Below, one piece after another: positions 35,467 through 45,773 of a stretch of 52,030 nt of DNA. The first letter of the stretch is position 1. Every line of letters begins with the position of its first letter. The notes beneath the pieces were generated by a model that saw only the letters and a list, made by a program, of their open reading frames with translations, was not told the origin of the DNA and ran no database searches. The stretch is from Pseudoxanthomonas sp. (GTDB lineage Bacteria; Pseudomonadota; Gammaproteobacteria; Xanthomonadales; Xanthomonadaceae). Both the position numbers and the translations under genes were made by a program. The DNA lies in the NCBI GenBank assembly GCA_036677285.1, contig JAKFDG010000067.1, forward strand, positions 1 to 52,030, written 5' to 3'.

Positions 35467-38302
35467 GCCGACCACCAACCTCCGCGTACGCATCTCCGCA
35501 GACCTTGCCGACATCAAGCAAGGTCTCGGCCTGTTGCGCGGCGAGTTGGCCAAGGTGAAGGCGCAGGGCGCGATGGCGCTGCCGGCCAACAACGCCTTCA
35601 CCAACGGCATCCGCCGGGCGCGCCAGGAACTGGTGAGCTTCGTCGGCGTGTACCTGTCGCTGCGCGGCGTCAAGGTGCTGGCGGGCATCGCGGACGAGGC
35701 GACGCTGATCCGCGGCCGGATCCGCGAAGCCAAGGGCGATTACCAGGCGATCCTGGCGCTGGCGCAGCGCACGCGCACCGGCCTGCAGGCGACCACCGAC
35801 CTCTACACGCGGCTGGAGCGCGCTACCCGCGGCCAGATCAACAACCAGCGCGACCTGCTGGGCATCACCGAATCGGTGAACCAGGCGATCAAGCTGTCCT
35901 ACCAGGGCACCGCGCAAGGTGAGGCCGCGGTGCTGCAGCTGGGCCAGGCGCTGGCCAGCGGCAAGCTGGCCGGCGACGAGCTGCGCAGCCTGAGCGAGAA
36001 CGCGCCGCGGCTGGTACAGGCGATTGCCGATGGCATGGGCGTGGCCCGAGGCGAGCTGAAGAAGCTGGGCAAGGAAGGCAAGCTCACCGCCGACATCGTG
36101 ATCAAGGCCCTGCAGTCGCAGGCCAAGGTGCTCGAGGAAGAATACAGCCGCGTGCCGGTCACCATCGGCGATGCGCTCACGCAGATCCGCAACAAGTTCG
36201 TCGACTACATCGGCCAGCAGGATGCCGCCACCGGCGCCAGCCGCAAGTTCGCCGCCGAGCTGCAGAAGATCGCCCGCGACCTGCCCAAGTACCTGGACCC
36301 GCTGCTCAAGGCGATCACGCTGCTGCTGCAGAACCTGGACGTGCTGGCGGTGTTCATGGTCACCCGGCTGGCGGCAGGCGCCATCGTTGCCGCGATCACG
36401 GCGTTCGCCAAGCTGCGCGAGGCGATCATCGCGGCGCGGGCGGCGGCGATCACCCTGCGCGGCGCGCTGGCGCTGATCGGCGGCCCGGTCGGCCTGGTGA
36501 TCGCCGCGCTGGCCGCCGGCATCTACTACCTGGCCACGCGCGAGGACGAGGCCACCATCGCGGCGAAGAAGCACGCCGAGGCGATGGACGAGACCCGGCG
36601 CATGGCCGGGCTCGACCGCGAGGCGGCGATCAGGGACGCCGCCGCCAAGCGCGAGCAGGCCATCGCCACGCTGGCCGCGGCCAAGGCGCACCTGATCGAG
36701 GCGCAGGCCTACGCGGAAACCCTGCGCACCCAGCGCGGCAGCCTGGGCGGCAAGGGTGGGGCGGCACTGCAGTTCGCCGAGGGGGCGCAGGGCGGCCGCG
36801 TCGCCGCCGATGCCAAGCGCGTGGCGCAGCTGCAGAAGGAGGTCGACGACTTCACCAAGCTGATGCTGGACCTGGCCAAGGAAGGCATCGATGCCCAGGT
36901 GAAGGCCGTGGAGGCCGCCGCGACCGGCGGCACCAGCGGCGGCGAGGATGCCAAGAAGAAGATCAAGGGCATCGTCGACGCCGCCGCGCTGGCGATCGAC
37001 GCGATCAAGCGCCAGCAGGCGCAGCTGGACGTGCTGTTCGAAGACGGCAAGCTCAGCATCGCCGACTACTACGGCAAGAAGCAGGCGCTGGCGCTGGCCG
37101 ACATCGACCTGCAGATCGCCCAGGCGCAGGCCGAGGCCAGGGTCGCCACCAGCAGCGAGCAGCAGTCCAAGGCGCTGACCGACATCATCCGGTTGCAGCG
37201 CGAGCGCGGCGAGATCGGCCCGCGCGTGGCCCGCGAGCAGGCCAAGGCCGAGGAGGAGCTCACCGCCAAGCTCGGCGCCGTGCACATTCGCCTGCTCGAG
37301 GCGCAGGGCCAGACCGCCCGCGCCCGCTCGGCGCAGCTGGAGGAGGAGTTCAAGGACCTGATCGTCCGGCTGGAGGCCGAGGGCGACGCGGCGGGCGTGG
37401 CGCTGGTGCGCAAGTTGATCAACGTCGAGGCCGGCAAGGCGCAGCTGCAGCAGTTCGAAGCCAAGATGCAGGAGGTGATGGCGCGCCTGCAGGGCAAGGA
37501 AACCGCCGTCTCCACGATGACCCAGACGGGCTTCATGAGCCCGTTCGAAGGCGAGCGGCAGCTGCAGGACGTGCGGCAGCGGTCGCTGGACCAGCTGCGT
37601 GCCCTGCGCGCCGAGATGACCGCCTACCTGTCCACGCTGAGCCCGGACAGTGCGGAGTTCGCCGCGGCGCTCGACGGCCTGGACCAGCTCGACGCCAACA
37701 TCGCCCAGGTCACCGCGGCGCAGCGCCAGCTGGCGATGCAGGCCACGCAGGTCGGGATCGATGCGCTCACCGGCTTCTTCACCGACCTGGCCACCGGCGC
37801 CAAGTCGTTCAAGGACGCCTTCAAGGACATGGTCCGCAACTTCGTCGCGGGCATGGCGCAGATCGCCGCGAAGGCGCTGGCCACGTACCTGGTGCTGCAG
37901 CTGCTGGATGCCATCTACCCGGGCCTGGGCAAGGCGACGGCGGCATCGATGAATGCCGGCGTGCACCACGCCGGCGGCATCGCCGGCAGCGGCGGCCGGA
38001 TCCGTTCCGGCCTGAGCCCGCTGCTGTTCGGCAGCGCGCCGCGTTACCACACCGGCGGCATCGCCGGGCTCGCGCCCAACGAGGTGCCGGCGGTGCTGCG
38101 CAAGGGCGAGGAAGTCCTCACCGAAGGCGACCCGCGCCACGTGCGCAATGGCGGTGGCCAGCGTGGCGTGCTGGTCAAGCAGCCGATCGTCGCGATCGGC
38201 GACCGCGCCGTGGCCGATGCCCTGGCCGGTGCCGATGGCGAGCAGGTCGTGCTGACCCACGTCCGCAACAACTGGGAGGGGCTGACCCGTGGAGGCGGCT
38301 GA
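35459..38302 (+). CDS. Tape measure protein
   Basis: 947 aa, Ala-rich and helical; LQLGQALASGKLAGDELRSLSENAP. Confidence 0.93.
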   Translation: MAEPTTNLRVRISADLADIKQGLGLLRGELAKVKAQGAMALPANNAFTNGIRRARQELVSFVGVYLSLRGVKVLAGIADEATLIRGRIREAKGDYQAILALAQRTRTGLQATTDLYTRLERATRGQINNQRDLLGITESVNQAIKLSYQGTAQGEAAVLQLGQALASGKLAGDELRSLSENAPRLVQAIADGMGVARGELKKLGKEGKLTADIVIKALQSQAKVLEEEYSRVPVTIGDALTQIRNKFVDYIGQQDAATGASRKFAAELQKIARDLPKYLDPLLKAITLLLQNLDVLAVFMVTRLAAGAIVAAITAFAKLREAIIAARAAAITLRGALALIGGPVGLVIAALAAGIYYLATREDEATIAAKKHAEAMDETRRMAGLDREAAIRDAAAKREQAIATLAAAKAHLIEAQAYAETLRTQRGSLGGKGGAALQFAEGAQGGRVAADAKRVAQLQKEVDDFTKLMLDLAKEGIDAQVKAVEAAATGGTSGGEDAKKKIKGIVDAAALAIDAIKRQQAQLDVLFEDGKLSIADYYGKKQALALADIDLQIAQAQAEARVATSSEQQSKALTDIIRLQRERGEIGPRVAREQAKAEEELTAKLGAVHIRLLEAQGQTARARSAQLEEEFKDLIVRLEAEGDAAGVALVRKLINVEAGKAQLQQFEAKMQEVMARLQGKETAVSTMTQTGFMSPFEGERQLQDVRQRSLDQLRALRAEMTAYLSTLSPDSAEFAAALDGLDQLDANIAQVTAAQRQLAMQATQVGIDALTGFFTDLATGAKSFKDAFKDMVRNFVAGMAQIAAKALATYLVLQLLDAIYPGLGKATAASMNAGVHHAGGIAGSGGRIRSGLSPLLFGSAPRYHTGGIAGLAPNEVPAVLRKGEEVLTEGDPRHVRNGGGQRGVLVKQPIVAIGDRAVADALAGADGEQVVLTHVRNNWEGLTRGGG

Positions 38303-39467
38303 CGCGACTGCGTGGCCGTTTGCCCCGGGCGGCGAAGTGGCCGAACGCTGGGAATGGCTGACCGACGGCCTGCCGCCGCCCACGGGCATGGAGCAGACCC
38401 GCCAGCTGCGCGAGGCGCCGCGCATCGCCCTGCAGTTCGAAGGCCTGCAGAGCGGCCGCCACCGCCGGCGCATGGAAACGCTGCTGGTGATGAACACCGC
38501 CGGCCGCTGGCACGCGCCGTTGGCCATGGACACCACGGAGACCACGGCCGAAGGCGCCAGCGCCTCCACCACGCTCTCGCTGGACACCGCCGACCGGCGT
38601 TTCCGCGACGGCGGCAACGCGATCGTGGTCGACCGCGACGACCCGTCCCTGTACGAGGTGCTGGAGATCGCCACGGTCGCCGCCGGCGTGCTGAACCTGT
38701 CCGTCGCGCTGGCGGCGACGTGGCCGGCCGGCAGCAAGGTGATGCCGACGATCGGCGCCACGCTGGAATCGGCGCTCAACCTTGCGCGCTTCACCGGCGA
38801 CGACGTGCCCTACGCGGTGGCGTTCCGCACGGCCGAGGCGCTGGTGCAGGACGGCGACTTCGGCGCCGCGACCTATCGCAGCCTGCCGGTGCTGGAGTGG
38901 TCGCCGGACTGGTCCACCGACCCGGTATTCACGCCGGCGCGCAACGTGGTCGAGGTGGACTATGGGGTCGCGGATCCGGTGCGCTGGGACGCCGCAGGCG
39001 TGGTGCTGCCGCAGACCACGGTGGACGTGGCCGCCGTCACCCAAGCCGAGGTCGCCGAGCTGCGCGGGCTGCTGTACGCGCTGAGCGGCCGCTGGCAGCC
39101 TATCTGGGTGTCGAGCTACGGCCAGGACGTGCTGGTGGAGTCGCTCACCGGCAGCGCGACGCTCGACGTCGAGCGGATGGGTCTGTGCGACTGGCCGCTG
39201 CAGGCCAACCGGCGCGACCTGCGCTTCCTGATGCGCGACGGCACGGTGTTCTATCGCCGCATCACCTCCGCGGCCGCGGTCGACGCCGACACCGAACGCT
39301 GGGTGCTGGACAGCGACCTGCCGGTCGGGTTTTCGGCGGCCAACGTCGCCTGCGCAAGCTTCATGGCGCTGTGCCGGCAGACGTCCGACACCAACCTGCT
39401 GCGGCTGTGGGCGCGCGGCGTGGTGACCACGCAGCTGTCGTTCCAGGGGTGCGCGCATGAGCTTTGA
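38289..39467 (+). CDS. Distal tail / virion structural protein
   Basis: ERWEWLTD...EQTRQLREAPR; directly after the tape measure. Confidence 0.7.
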   Translation: MEAADATAWPFAPGGEVAERWEWLTDGLPPPTGMEQTRQLREAPRIALQFEGLQSGRHRRRMETLLVMNTAGRWHAPLAMDTTETTAEGASASTTLSLDTADRRFRDGGNAIVVDRDDPSLYEVLEIATVAAGVLNLSVALAATWPAGSKVMPTIGATLESALNLARFTGDDVPYAVAFRTAEALVQDGDFGAATYRSLPVLEWSPDWSTDPVFTPARNVVEVDYGVADPVRWDAAGVVLPQTTVDVAAVTQAEVAELRGLLYALSGRWQPIWVSSYGQDVLVESLTGSATLDVERMGLCDWPLQANRRDLRFLMRDGTVFYRRITSAAAVDADTERWVLDSDLPVGFSAANVACASFMALCRQTSDTNLLRLWARGVVTTQLSFQGCAHEL

Positions 39468-40317
39468 CGCCCTCGAGACCAGCCGCTTCGGTGCCAAGCC
39501 TGAGCACCTGTTCGCCTTCACCCGCCAGGGTGTCACGCTGCGCTTCTGCACCGGCGCGAGTGACTTCGTCGTCGGTGCCAATACCTACACCGCCGCGCAG
39601 ATCCAGCGCAGCGAGATCCGGCAGACGGTGGAGCGGGCCAAGGACAAGATCACCCTCAAGCTGGCCTACCTGCGCGACCCGGCCGCCACCGACCTGCCGG
39701 CGACCCAGGCGCTGGGCGACTGGTGGCACCCGTACATCCCGGGCGATCGCATCGACGTGGTCTGCATGGCCGCACACCGCGGCGACACGGATCCGCCGGT
39801 GGTCGAATGGATGGGCAAGGTGGTGCAGCCCAGGTTCGGCGACGTCGAGCTCGAGCTCACCTGCGAGCCCTATGGGGACGAGGCGCAGGCGCGCGGCCAG
39901 GGCCCGCGCTGGCAGAAGGCGTGCTGGAAGACGGTGTATTCCACCGGCATCCGCGGCTGCGGCCTCGATCGCGATGCGTTCAAGGTGGACGCCACGCCCA
40001 CGGTGGCCGGGCTGGTGCTCACCGACGCCGCGTTCGGCAGCTCGACGCTGCCGCTGTACCCGGGCTGGGCGGAATGGACCCGCACCGACGGGCTGGTGGA
40101 GAAGCGCTCGATCGTCGCGGCCAGCGGCGACACCATCACGCTGCTGTACGGCGGCGTCGACCTTGCCACCGGCGTGGCGGTGACGGTGCGCCCCGGCTGC
40201 CCGAAGACCTGGGCCGCGTGCGCGGCGCGCTTCGTGGATCCGGAGAACCACTACGGCGGCGCGATCTACAAGCCGATCAAGAACCCGACCGATGGAGTCT
40301 CGATGTCATGGGGTTGA
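39457..40317 (+). CDS. Tail hub protein (BR0599/DUF2163-like)
   Basis: Cys pattern WQKACWKTVY...CGL...PGCPKTWAAC..RF...NHYGG. Confidence 0.78.
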   Translation: MSFDALETSRFGAKPEHLFAFTRQGVTLRFCTGASDFVVGANTYTAAQIQRSEIRQTVERAKDKITLKLAYLRDPAATDLPATQALGDWWHPYIPGDRIDVVCMAAHRGDTDPPVVEWMGKVVQPRFGDVELELTCEPYGDEAQARGQGPRWQKACWKTVYSTGIRGCGLDRDAFKVDATPTVAGLVLTDAAFGSSTLPLYPGWAEWTRTDGLVEKRSIVAASGDTITLLYGGVDLATGVAVTVRPGCPKTWAACAARFVDPENHYGGAIYKPIKNPTDGVSMSWG

Positions 40318-40742
40318 TGCGCGCCCTGCGCCGCTGCCGCTACGTGTACGGCTGGCGGCTGCGCTACTGGTGGATGGACACCGACGGCGGCGCGGAAGCG
40401 CGCATCAGCCTGTGCGTGGTTGCCGGTCTAGTGGTGGTGCTGCAGTTCGCGCGCCTGGGCGTGCTTGCGCACGACACGCTCACCGCGCCGGCACCGCAGG
40501 CGCAGCACGCGGTGTACTGGTGGGTGATCCAGCTGATCATCCTGATCGTCTCCGCGATCATCAGCTACGCGATGCGGCCCAAGGTGGAGCCGCCCAAGCC
40601 CGCCGAGACCAATCCGCCGAGCGTCGAGGACGGCCAGATGGTGATCGACATCCTGGGCACCTGCTGGGTGCCCGACACCTTCCTGCTGGCGTGGAAGCCG
40701 ATGGGCGTGGTGCCGATCAAGTCGAGCGGGGGCAAGAAGTGA
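40308..40742 (+). CDS. Tail assembly protein with hydrophobic segments
   Basis: IISYAMRPK...PSVEDG...ILGTCWV; C-terminal SGGKK. Confidence 0.65.
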   Translation: MGLMRALRRCRYVYGWRLRYWWMDTDGGAEARISLCVVAGLVVVLQFARLGVLAHDTLTAPAPQAQHAVYWWVIQLIILIVSAIISYAMRPKVEPPKPAETNPPSVEDGQMVIDILGTCWVPDTFLLAWKPMGVVPIKSSGGKK

Positions 40743-40981
40743 TTGTCACCCATCGCCACCTGTTCACGATCCCTGGCTTCAGCAAGCGCCGCGGCTTCTG
40801 CCGCGACAGGTCCAAGGAATGGGCCAAGCGGCACGGCATCGATTTCCGCGAGTTCGTGCGCAATGGCATCGAGGCCGAAAAGTTGGAAGAGATCGGAGAT
40901 GCGTTCGCGCTGGCGTTGGTGAAGTGGGCGCGCGAGTGCGACGCGCGCGAGCGTGCCGCGCTGGAGGCTGCGCATGGGTAG
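40739..40981 (+). CDS. Small tail assembly protein
   Basis: GFCRDRSKEWAKRHGIDFREFVRNGI. Confidence 0.7.
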   Translation: MIVTHRHLFTIPGFSKRRGFCRDRSKEWAKRHGIDFREFVRNGIEAEKLEEIGDAFALALVKWARECDARERAALEAAHG

Positions 40982-43634
40982 CAAATCCTCCGAGACCACC
41001 GTCGGCTACTGGTTCAAGCTGCTCTACCACACCGGCCTGACGCTGGGCCCGATCGACGCCTTCCTCGAGTTCCGCGGCGGCGACAAGACCGCCTGGAGCG
41101 GCCGGCTCACCGCCAGCGGCACCATCAACATCAACCAGCCCAACTTGTGGGGCGGCGAGAAGGACCAGGGCGGCATCGTCAGCGACGTGCACGTGATGTT
41201 CGGCGAGGCCACGCAGGCGCCCGACAGCTACCTGGTCGCCAACCTCGGCAACCAGGTGGCCGCGTGGCGCGGGCTTACGACGCTGGCGTTCCTCGGCGGC
41301 TACTACGGCGCCAACAACCCCTACCCGCAATCGGCCGCGTACAAGGTCGAGAAGATCCTGCAGGGCTGGGATGGGAGCTGCTGGTATCCGGAGAAGGCGC
41401 CGATCACCATGGTCGATGGCGATCCGGCGATCGAGTTCTCCTACGACGGCGGCGCCAGCTTCCCGAGCGAGATCCCGGTCGAGCTCGGCGCGGAGCTGGG
41501 CACCATCCGCCTGGACTACGCCACCGGGCCCAACCCGGACAAGTTCGAGGTCTGGTTCGATGGCGTCAAGGTCATCGACACCGGCTACCACGGTGACCCG
41601 GATTTCAGCAGCCCGGCGGTGACGCCAGACGCGCAGACGGCGCTAGACAGCTACCTCATCGGGGCCGGCCTGCCGACCGAAGCCATCACGCTGTACCCGG
41701 CACCCTATGCCGACGCCGATCTGCAGTGGGCCTCGGTGACCGACCGCGAGTCGGCGTCGTTCCTGAAAACCACCGCAACCACAACGGCGACGGTCAGAGT
41801 CTACGGCCCGCTCGGCGGCACGCTCTGGCACGCGAGCCTTTCGCGTTCAGCCACGGTGGGGCTGCTCGCGATCAATCCGGCGCATGCGCTCTATTACCTG
41901 CGCACGCACAGCACCAAGGGCCGCGAGCCGACCGGCAACATGAACGACGCCAGCTTCACCGCTGCAGCCGACAAGCTGTACGCGGAAGGCTTCGGCATCT
42001 GCGTGACCATCGACCCGTCCAAGGAAAGCGTGGTCGACGTCGAGAACCGTATCTGCAAGCTGATCGGCGGCAGCATGACCCGCAGCATGGTCGACGGCCA
42101 GTACTACCTGGACCTGGCGCGCGGCGACTACGTGCTCGAGGACCTGCCGATCCTGACCGACGACGACATCCTGTCGTTCAGTGAGCTGCCGGCCTCGCTC
42201 GATGGCGGGGTCAACAGCGTGAGCGTCCGCTACTTCGACCCGCAGCGGAAGGAGACGATCATCACGCCCGCGGTCGAGGCCTTGGGCCTGATCGACGAGT
42301 TCGGGCTCAACCACCAGGTGGTGGAATACCCGGAGATCCCGACCGCCACGCTGGCCGCGCGCATCGCCGAGCGCGACCTGCTGGCCTACATCACGCCCAA
42401 GCGGGTGTTCGACCTGACCACCACGCGCAAGCCCTACAGCTGGCGGCCCAATACCTACTTCCGGCTGCAGTCGACCAAGCGCGGCATCACCGACATGGTC
42501 TGCATCGTCGGCGACAAGCAGGCCGGCACGCTGCGCAGCGGCGCGATCCGGATGCAGGCGGTGCAGGACATCTACACCCTGCCGGCGTTCGGATCGGTGG
42601 AAGTGGAATCCGGCGTCGACACCACGCCGGCAACCACGCCCGTGCCGATCGTGGACCAGGTCGCCTTCGAGGCGCCCTACATCAACGTGGTGACCGTGCT
42701 GCCGCGCGCCGAGCTGGACGCGCTTGCCGCGGATGCCGGCTTCCTGATCGCCGCCGCCCAGGACCCGGCCAACAGCCGCGACTTCACGCTCAGCGTGGAC
42801 GCCGGCGCCGGCTACCAGGAAAGGGCCAACGGCGCCTGGTGCCCGACTGCGGTGGTCAATGAGGCGGCGGCGCTGGTCGATCCGCTGCCGACCGCCTTCA
42901 CGCTCAGCGACGGCAAGCGGCTGGACCAGGTGGACGTGGGCGACCCGGTGCTGTGGGGCAGCGAGATCTGCCGGGTAGATGCGCTCGACGTCGGCGCGAA
43001 TACCATCACCCTGGGCCGCGCGTGCGCGGACACCGTGGAGCAGGTGCACGCCGCCGGCGAAACGCTGTGGTTCTGGACGCAGGGCGCCGCCTACGACGTC
43101 ACCGAGTACACCGATGGCGAGAGCGTCAACGCCAAGCTGCTGACCAACACCTGGAGCGAGCGGCTCAGCGCTTCGGTGGCGACGGCAATCGGCGTCACAT
43201 TCAACCAGCGCCAGGCGCGGCCGTACCCGCCGGGCAAGTTGCGCATCAACGCCAGCGCCCGCCCGGCCAGCGTGACCGGCGAATTCGTCGTGACCTGGGC
43301 GCATCGCGACCGCACCCTGCAAGCCGACCAGCTGCTGGATGCGGACGACGACAGCGTCGGGCCGGAATCCACGGTGCGCTATGCGCTGCAGCTGATCGAC
43401 GACACCACCGACGCGGTGCTGGTCGAGAAGCTGGACATCGCCGGCGCCACGGCCACCTGCGACCTCGCGGCCAGCGGCAACGTGCGCCTGGTGCTGTACG
43501 CGATCAGCGACCGCGGCGACAGCTGGCAGCGGCACGAGCACGTCTTCGCCTTTACCGCCGCCGGCGGCACCGACTCGATCGTGGCCGACACCTATGCGCC
43601 GGCGGCCTGGATCATCGACGGGAATGGGGGCTGA
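40974..43634 (+). CDS. Tail tip / central tail protein
   Basis: LWGGEKDQGGI, WYPEKA, NPAH, LYAEGFG, RQARPYPPG, WAHRDR. Confidence 0.82.
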   Translation: MGSKSSETTVGYWFKLLYHTGLTLGPIDAFLEFRGGDKTAWSGRLTASGTININQPNLWGGEKDQGGIVSDVHVMFGEATQAPDSYLVANLGNQVAAWRGLTTLAFLGGYYGANNPYPQSAAYKVEKILQGWDGSCWYPEKAPITMVDGDPAIEFSYDGGASFPSEIPVELGAELGTIRLDYATGPNPDKFEVWFDGVKVIDTGYHGDPDFSSPAVTPDAQTALDSYLIGAGLPTEAITLYPAPYADADLQWASVTDRESASFLKTTATTTATVRVYGPLGGTLWHASLSRSATVGLLAINPAHALYYLRTHSTKGREPTGNMNDASFTAAADKLYAEGFGICVTIDPSKESVVDVENRICKLIGGSMTRSMVDGQYYLDLARGDYVLEDLPILTDDDILSFSELPASLDGGVNSVSVRYFDPQRKETIITPAVEALGLIDEFGLNHQVVEYPEIPTATLAARIAERDLLAYITPKRVFDLTTTRKPYSWRPNTYFRLQSTKRGITDMVCIVGDKQAGTLRSGAIRMQAVQDIYTLPAFGSVEVESGVDTTPATTPVPIVDQVAFEAPYINVVTVLPRAELDALAADAGFLIAAAQDPANSRDFTLSVDAGAGYQERANGAWCPTAVVNEAAALVDPLPTAFTLSDGKRLDQVDVGDPVLWGSEICRVDALDVGANTITLGRACADTVEQVHAAGETLWFWTQGAAYDVTEYTDGESVNAKLLTNTWSERLSASVATAIGVTFNQRQARPYPPGKLRINASARPASVTGEFVVTWAHRDRTLQADQLLDADDDSVGPESTVRYALQLIDDTTDAVLVEKLDIAGATATCDLAASGNVRLVLYAISDRGDSWQRHEHVFAFTAAGGTDSIVADTYAPAAWIIDGNGG

Positions 43635-43637
43635 TCC

Positions 43638-44720
43638 ATGGCGCTGACCAATAGCGACCTGCCGAAGCTGATCGAGCTGCTCAACCAGATCGACATCCGC
43701 GTGCAGGTGCGGCGCCGCACCGCCGCCGAATGGGCCGCCAATGATGAAGTGCTGCTGGCCGGGGAGTGGGGCAGGGTCACCGATACCGGGGAGCTGAAGC
43801 AGGGGGATGGCGTTACGGCATTCTCCGCGCTGATGCCCGTTCCAGGTGTGCTGGTGGATCCGGGCAGCGACCGGCTATTGTTCTGGGATGCGTCGGAGGG
43901 GAGCTATCGACACCTTTCGCCGGGCTCCGGTCTGACGATCAGCGGGGATACCATCACCGCGTCTGGCGGCGGTGGCGGGAGTTCCTTCAGCCCAGCCGAT
44001 CTGTTCGATGCGAGCGTCACGAATGGCGCGTGGTACGACCCCAACGACATCAGCACGCTGTGGCAAGACGTTGCCGGCACGATTCCAGTGACCACCGCAG
44101 GGCAGGCAGTCGCCCGCATGGACGACAAGTCCGGGCTCGGCAATCACGCGGCACAGTCGACCAGTGCGGCGCGCCCGACTTACCAGGTAGGCGATTTGAA
44201 GGGGTATCTTTCGTTCGACGGCGGCGACTATCTCGAATGTGGGACCGCCTTCAACGCCGAGGCATTCATGGCCGGCGTTGCCTACTTCACGACCTCGAAC
44301 AATGTGCGACTTTTGGACGCGCGAGGTACCGGCGTATTTGGTACCGTCAAAGGCTGGTATATGAAGGGCCGCAATTCGACGACAGACTTGCTCTGCGTCG
44401 ATGACGGCAGTTCGGCCGTTGCATTCAATGATGAAGGCATAACCTTAAGTGCGCCGCACGTCCTCATCATGCGCTATGCCGCAAGTCGCTTGCGCTACAC
44501 CTTCGACACTGCGAACCTAACGAGCCAAAAGTCTGTGACCGGCACCCTCGGCACCATCACCAATGCGACTCAGCCCTCGCGCATCGGTACCGCCAGCAAT
44601 GCCGCCGGCACGCAGTCATTGGTGGGGCGCTTTTACCAGGCTGTTGTCATCAACCGCCACGGGTCATTCAATGAGCAGCGCGACCTGCACGAGTACATGA
44701 CCCAGACGGCGGACTTCTAA
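43638..44720 (+). CDS. Tail fibre / receptor-binding protein (Mtd/hyaluronidase-type N-terminus, lectin-like C-terminus)
   Basis: RRRTAAEWAANDEVLLAGEWG...KQGDG; GGGGGS linker; AWYDPND...DKSGLGNHAAQ...LSFDGGDYL. Confidence 0.75.
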   Translation: MALTNSDLPKLIELLNQIDIRVQVRRRTAAEWAANDEVLLAGEWGRVTDTGELKQGDGVTAFSALMPVPGVLVDPGSDRLLFWDASEGSYRHLSPGSGLTISGDTITASGGGGGSSFSPADLFDASVTNGAWYDPNDISTLWQDVAGTIPVTTAGQAVARMDDKSGLGNHAAQSTSAARPTYQVGDLKGYLSFDGGDYLECGTAFNAEAFMAGVAYFTTSNNVRLLDARGTGVFGTVKGWYMKGRNSTTDLLCVDDGSSAVAFNDEGITLSAPHVLIMRYAASRLRYTFDTANLTSQKSVTGTLGTITNATQPSRIGTASNAAGTQSLVGRFYQAVVINRHGSFNEQRDLHEYMTQTADF

Positions 44721-44734
44721 CGTAGACTGGGCAC

Positions 44735-45472
44735 ATGCTGAGACAAGCGTGGCGCCGCAAACGCAAGGTGCTATCGGGCTGGTTGAAGACCAGGCGCGGG
44801 CGCGCCCATCCCTACGATAGCGGCTGGTGGGACCGCGAGTTCTACGCGAGCATCTCGGATCGGGCGACGATCTCCCAGGCCATGCCCGCGCACTGGGCGG
44901 CTTATCACTACGCCTCCGTCGAGTTGTTGCTGCTGCGCCACATGCGCCCGGTTGGCGATGTATGCGATCTTGGCTCCGGCGCTGGGCATTGGCTGAAGTT
45001 CTACGAGCAGCTTGGCGCCCAGAGCCTCACTGGCATAGACGTGAGCGCCAAGGCTGTGACACACCTTCGGTCATCATTTCCCGATGCGACGATCCTGCAC
45101 GGTGGAATTGCCGAACACCTGTCCGGGCGAACCTTCGATACGATCAACGCGATTGGTGTGATGTTCCACCTTGTCGACGACGCGCAATGGGCCGAAGCGG
45201 TGCAAGCAATCGGCCGAGCCCTGCGCCCAGGCGGCCAGGCTTTCATTGGCGGGTACTTTGGGTGGCTCGACCGGGTTGACGTTCAGTTCAACGCCGATGG
45301 AACGTCCAACAAGCGCCTGCGCAGCCTCCCCCATTGGCGGCGGGCGTTGCACGGCGCTGGCATCGGGAGTGTGCGCGTGGTCCGCAACCGGGCTTACCTG
45401 CACGCACCTTGCTCGCTGCCGGAGAGCAATATCCTCATGGGCCGCGCGCTTCCTGTAGGCATTTCCCCATAG
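44735..45472 (+). CDS. Class I SAM-dependent methyltransferase (moron)
   Basis: VCDLGSGAGHW, TGIDVS, FDTINAIGVMFHL, LRPGG; TAGACT-N6-ATG suggests its own promoter. Confidence 0.85.
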   Translation: MLRQAWRRKRKVLSGWLKTRRGRAHPYDSGWWDREFYASISDRATISQAMPAHWAAYHYASVELLLLRHMRPVGDVCDLGSGAGHWLKFYEQLGAQSLTGIDVSAKAVTHLRSSFPDATILHGGIAEHLSGRTFDTINAIGVMFHLVDDAQWAEAVQAIGRALRPGGQAFIGGYFGWLDRVDVQFNADGTSNKRLRSLPHWRRALHGAGIGSVRVVRNRAYLHAPCSLPESNILMGRALPVGISP

Positions 45473-45773
45473 GCAGTGGCGCTGTACCGGGACCGGCGGC
45501 ACGTCAGCGAAAAGGCGGCCGCGGCCTTTGCTGGCGAATACGTGGGATCCCTCAAGTGATTGGCGCCTAACATTCCTGCGGTTGCGCGCCGCGGCCCGGA
45601 ATCCCTTTGTGGCTAGGAATTTCCCTACAGTAGCTTGCGGTACTTGGTGACAGACAGCGCCGGGGCGCGGAGCGATGCTGTGTCAACCGGAGCGCGGCGG
45701 GCCAATGGCCATCCAACCGTCGTGGGGCTGCCGCAGGGATGCGGCGGCCGCCCGGGGGCACTAAGCTGGCGCC

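Noticed and set aside
45614-45627. Imperfect palindrome TAGGAATTTCCCTA in the intergenic region after the methyltransferase
   Set aside because: Single occurrence with no identifiable cognate regulator or recombinase; cannot be supported further.
43638-45770. Diversity-generating retroelement suggested by the Mtd-like fibre N-terminus
   Set aside because: No reverse transcriptase ORF, and I found no template/variable repeat pair differing at adenines.
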